A stretch of DNA of 63,919 nt, counting the filler, from Globobulimina sp. (lineage: Eukaryota), in NCBI GenBank assembly GCA_003354225.1. It is 40 parts of 40 records of this genome, joined end to end, with 100 filler letters (N's around TTAATTAATTAA, not from the genome) between each part and the next. Parts side by side here need not be neighbours in the genome. Positions count along the whole stretch, not along the records: positions 62,421 to 63,919 come from PIVH01015717.1; 39 more parts are not named here. One strand, written 5' to 3'. Of this stretch, positions 62,592 through 63,919 are shown one piece after another. The number at the start of each line of letters is the position of its first letter. Position 1 is the first letter of the stretch. The position numbers and the translations under genes are program-made. The notes under the pieces are model-generated. The model did not search any database. It saw nothing but the letters and a program-made list of their open reading frames with translations, and was not told where the DNA came from.

Positions 62592-63700
62592 AGGGTAGTA
62601 TTCCATCAGGATAGTCTACATCATAGGTACCGTGGGAACCATCATCAAAATGGACCACCACCGAATGACGACGATAATACTAACAATAATGTACCCAATG
62701 AGCAGCAAAACAGCAACGATATGAACAGCAACACTAACAACAGCGGCCAGGGCGATGATGGCGATGAGAAGAAAAATAACGACAACGTCAACAGAGATGA
62801 CATAGAAAATAAACACGCCGAAGCAGAGCAAAAAGAGGAGCAAGACATTGAGATTGTAGATGCTCCATTAAATGATAACGAATCCTTCAACCGGACACAA
62901 AATATCGTCAAGGGATTAGCAGTGCTGTTTGTAGCCATTCTGGCCATTATATTTGGCATTGATTTCGTGTCTATGGGCGGTGAACATGACCCGCAGCGAC
63001 TTTCCGCGCTCTTTGAACAGGCACAGGACTTCATCGCTGTATACGACACAGAGCTGATTGGCAGAGAAAAGCGCGGAGAGCATATAGTTTTGTACAGCGA
63101 TGAGATTCCCGCGGACAATCCGTGCCAAACATGGATCAATGGCTTGCATGTTGGCTCATTGATTGATGCATTGGACATAGAAAAGAAATGGTACACCGGC
63201 TATGTGACCAATGTCGATGTAAAAACCGGTTTAATCAAAATACATTATGATGACTGGTCGCTGCGTTTCAATGAATGGGTGGACCCGCAATCGGGCAAAA
63301 TTGCGCCTTATCGATCGCGTGCAATTGGCGGGAGATTCCAAGGTGGCTTACCCGGCAGACCCGCGTTGCCCATTAGACCCCAAAATGACAGCGGTTTGTC
63401 GGCATTTTCTAAAATGAAGATATCACTGTCACGGCAACAGAAACCTATTCCTGACGTTATACTGACTGTTAATCCCGACACAAATGGTAAACTGAGCCGA
63501 TATGCGCCTTTATTGGAGGGTATCTTCTATGAAATGGGTATTGTTTGTAATGAACGTGCAGTGTATATGAATCATCACAAAATGTACATATTTTATGTCG
63601 GTGATAAATGGTGTGTTTGTGATGAATATGGTCAATTACAACAGAGCTGCCTTATTTGCATAGAATCTGATGCATTGAGACCCGAATTGATTGCAGCATC
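62592..63700 (+). CDS. Single-TM protein with Tudor/MBT-like barrel; absent from the ORF track because the frame has no stop before the window end
   Basis: Own translation: Asn/Asp-rich region, TM GLAVLFVAILAIIFGI, LHVGSLIDALDIEKKWYTGYV...IKIHYDDWSLRFNEWV. Confidence 0.7.
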
Positions 63701-63704
63701 GCAT

Positions 63705-63919
63705 GCATTTGGTGTTGACTTTGAAGGAACTCAATTTGGTGTTGTAGGTGGTGAAGATGGTGAAATGTTAGCAACAACTAATGGAGGTTCTAGCTGGAGT
63801 TCATATTCAACTGGATACGAAAACCTTTGGGCGGCTAAAGCATTCACCGGTGATGGTGCCTATATTGGTGGTACAGATGAAAATATTTATAAAACATTAG
63901 ATGGAGGAGCTACCTGGCA
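63705..63919 (+). CDS. Ycf48/BNR (Asp-box) repeat fragment, bacterial type
   Basis: GVVGGEDGEMLATTNGGSSW and AYIGG...IYKTLDGGATW. Confidence 0.7.

Overview
This window is not one locus. It is 40 unrelated contigs of about 1,500 bp each, sorted by decreasing length (1502 to 1499 bp). They are joined by an artificial ~100-nt linker (N-run, TTAATTAATTAA, N-run) that places stops in all six frames, so no gene neighbourhood extends beyond about 1.5 kb and ORFs ending in X.../LIN are truncated. Most contigs are AT-rich eukaryotic nuclear DNA with short GT-AG introns (about 55-115 nt). The gene families and style (Pro/Thr mucin stalks, RGS-linked membrane proteins, characteristic hypothetical families) suggest a foraminiferan or related rhizarian protist; this is inference. 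Recognisable genes include a papain/cathepsin L protease, a CCCH-Smr endonuclease, a TBP-like factor, a GH29 fucosidase, a metallophosphoesterase, MTR4 helicase, a vWA protein, a Cys-less pentameric ligand-gated channel, an MFS transporter, Dicer, a kelch protein, GPR180/TMEM145, a pseudo-enolase, an ankyrin protein, pirin, a Tudor protein, CK1, PI3K, a CW zinc finger and p24/GOLD. Several contigs splice bacterial-type fragments (Hpt domain, GspJ pseudopilin, Ycf48/BNR repeats) onto eukaryotic genes; these are most likely amplification or assembly chimeras. Mobile DNA includes a frameshifted DIRS/Ngaro-type tyrosine recombinase, a probable 3' LTR and an 83-bp inverted-repeat element. I found no well-supported multi-gene novel system. 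The best leads are single-gene architectures: an FCP1/SCP-type phosphatase fused to a cyclin box, a NYN RNase with tandem ubiquitin-like domains, an apparently stand-alone tyrosine recombinase, a divergent TBP, and a poly-(Ser-Asp) membrane protein.
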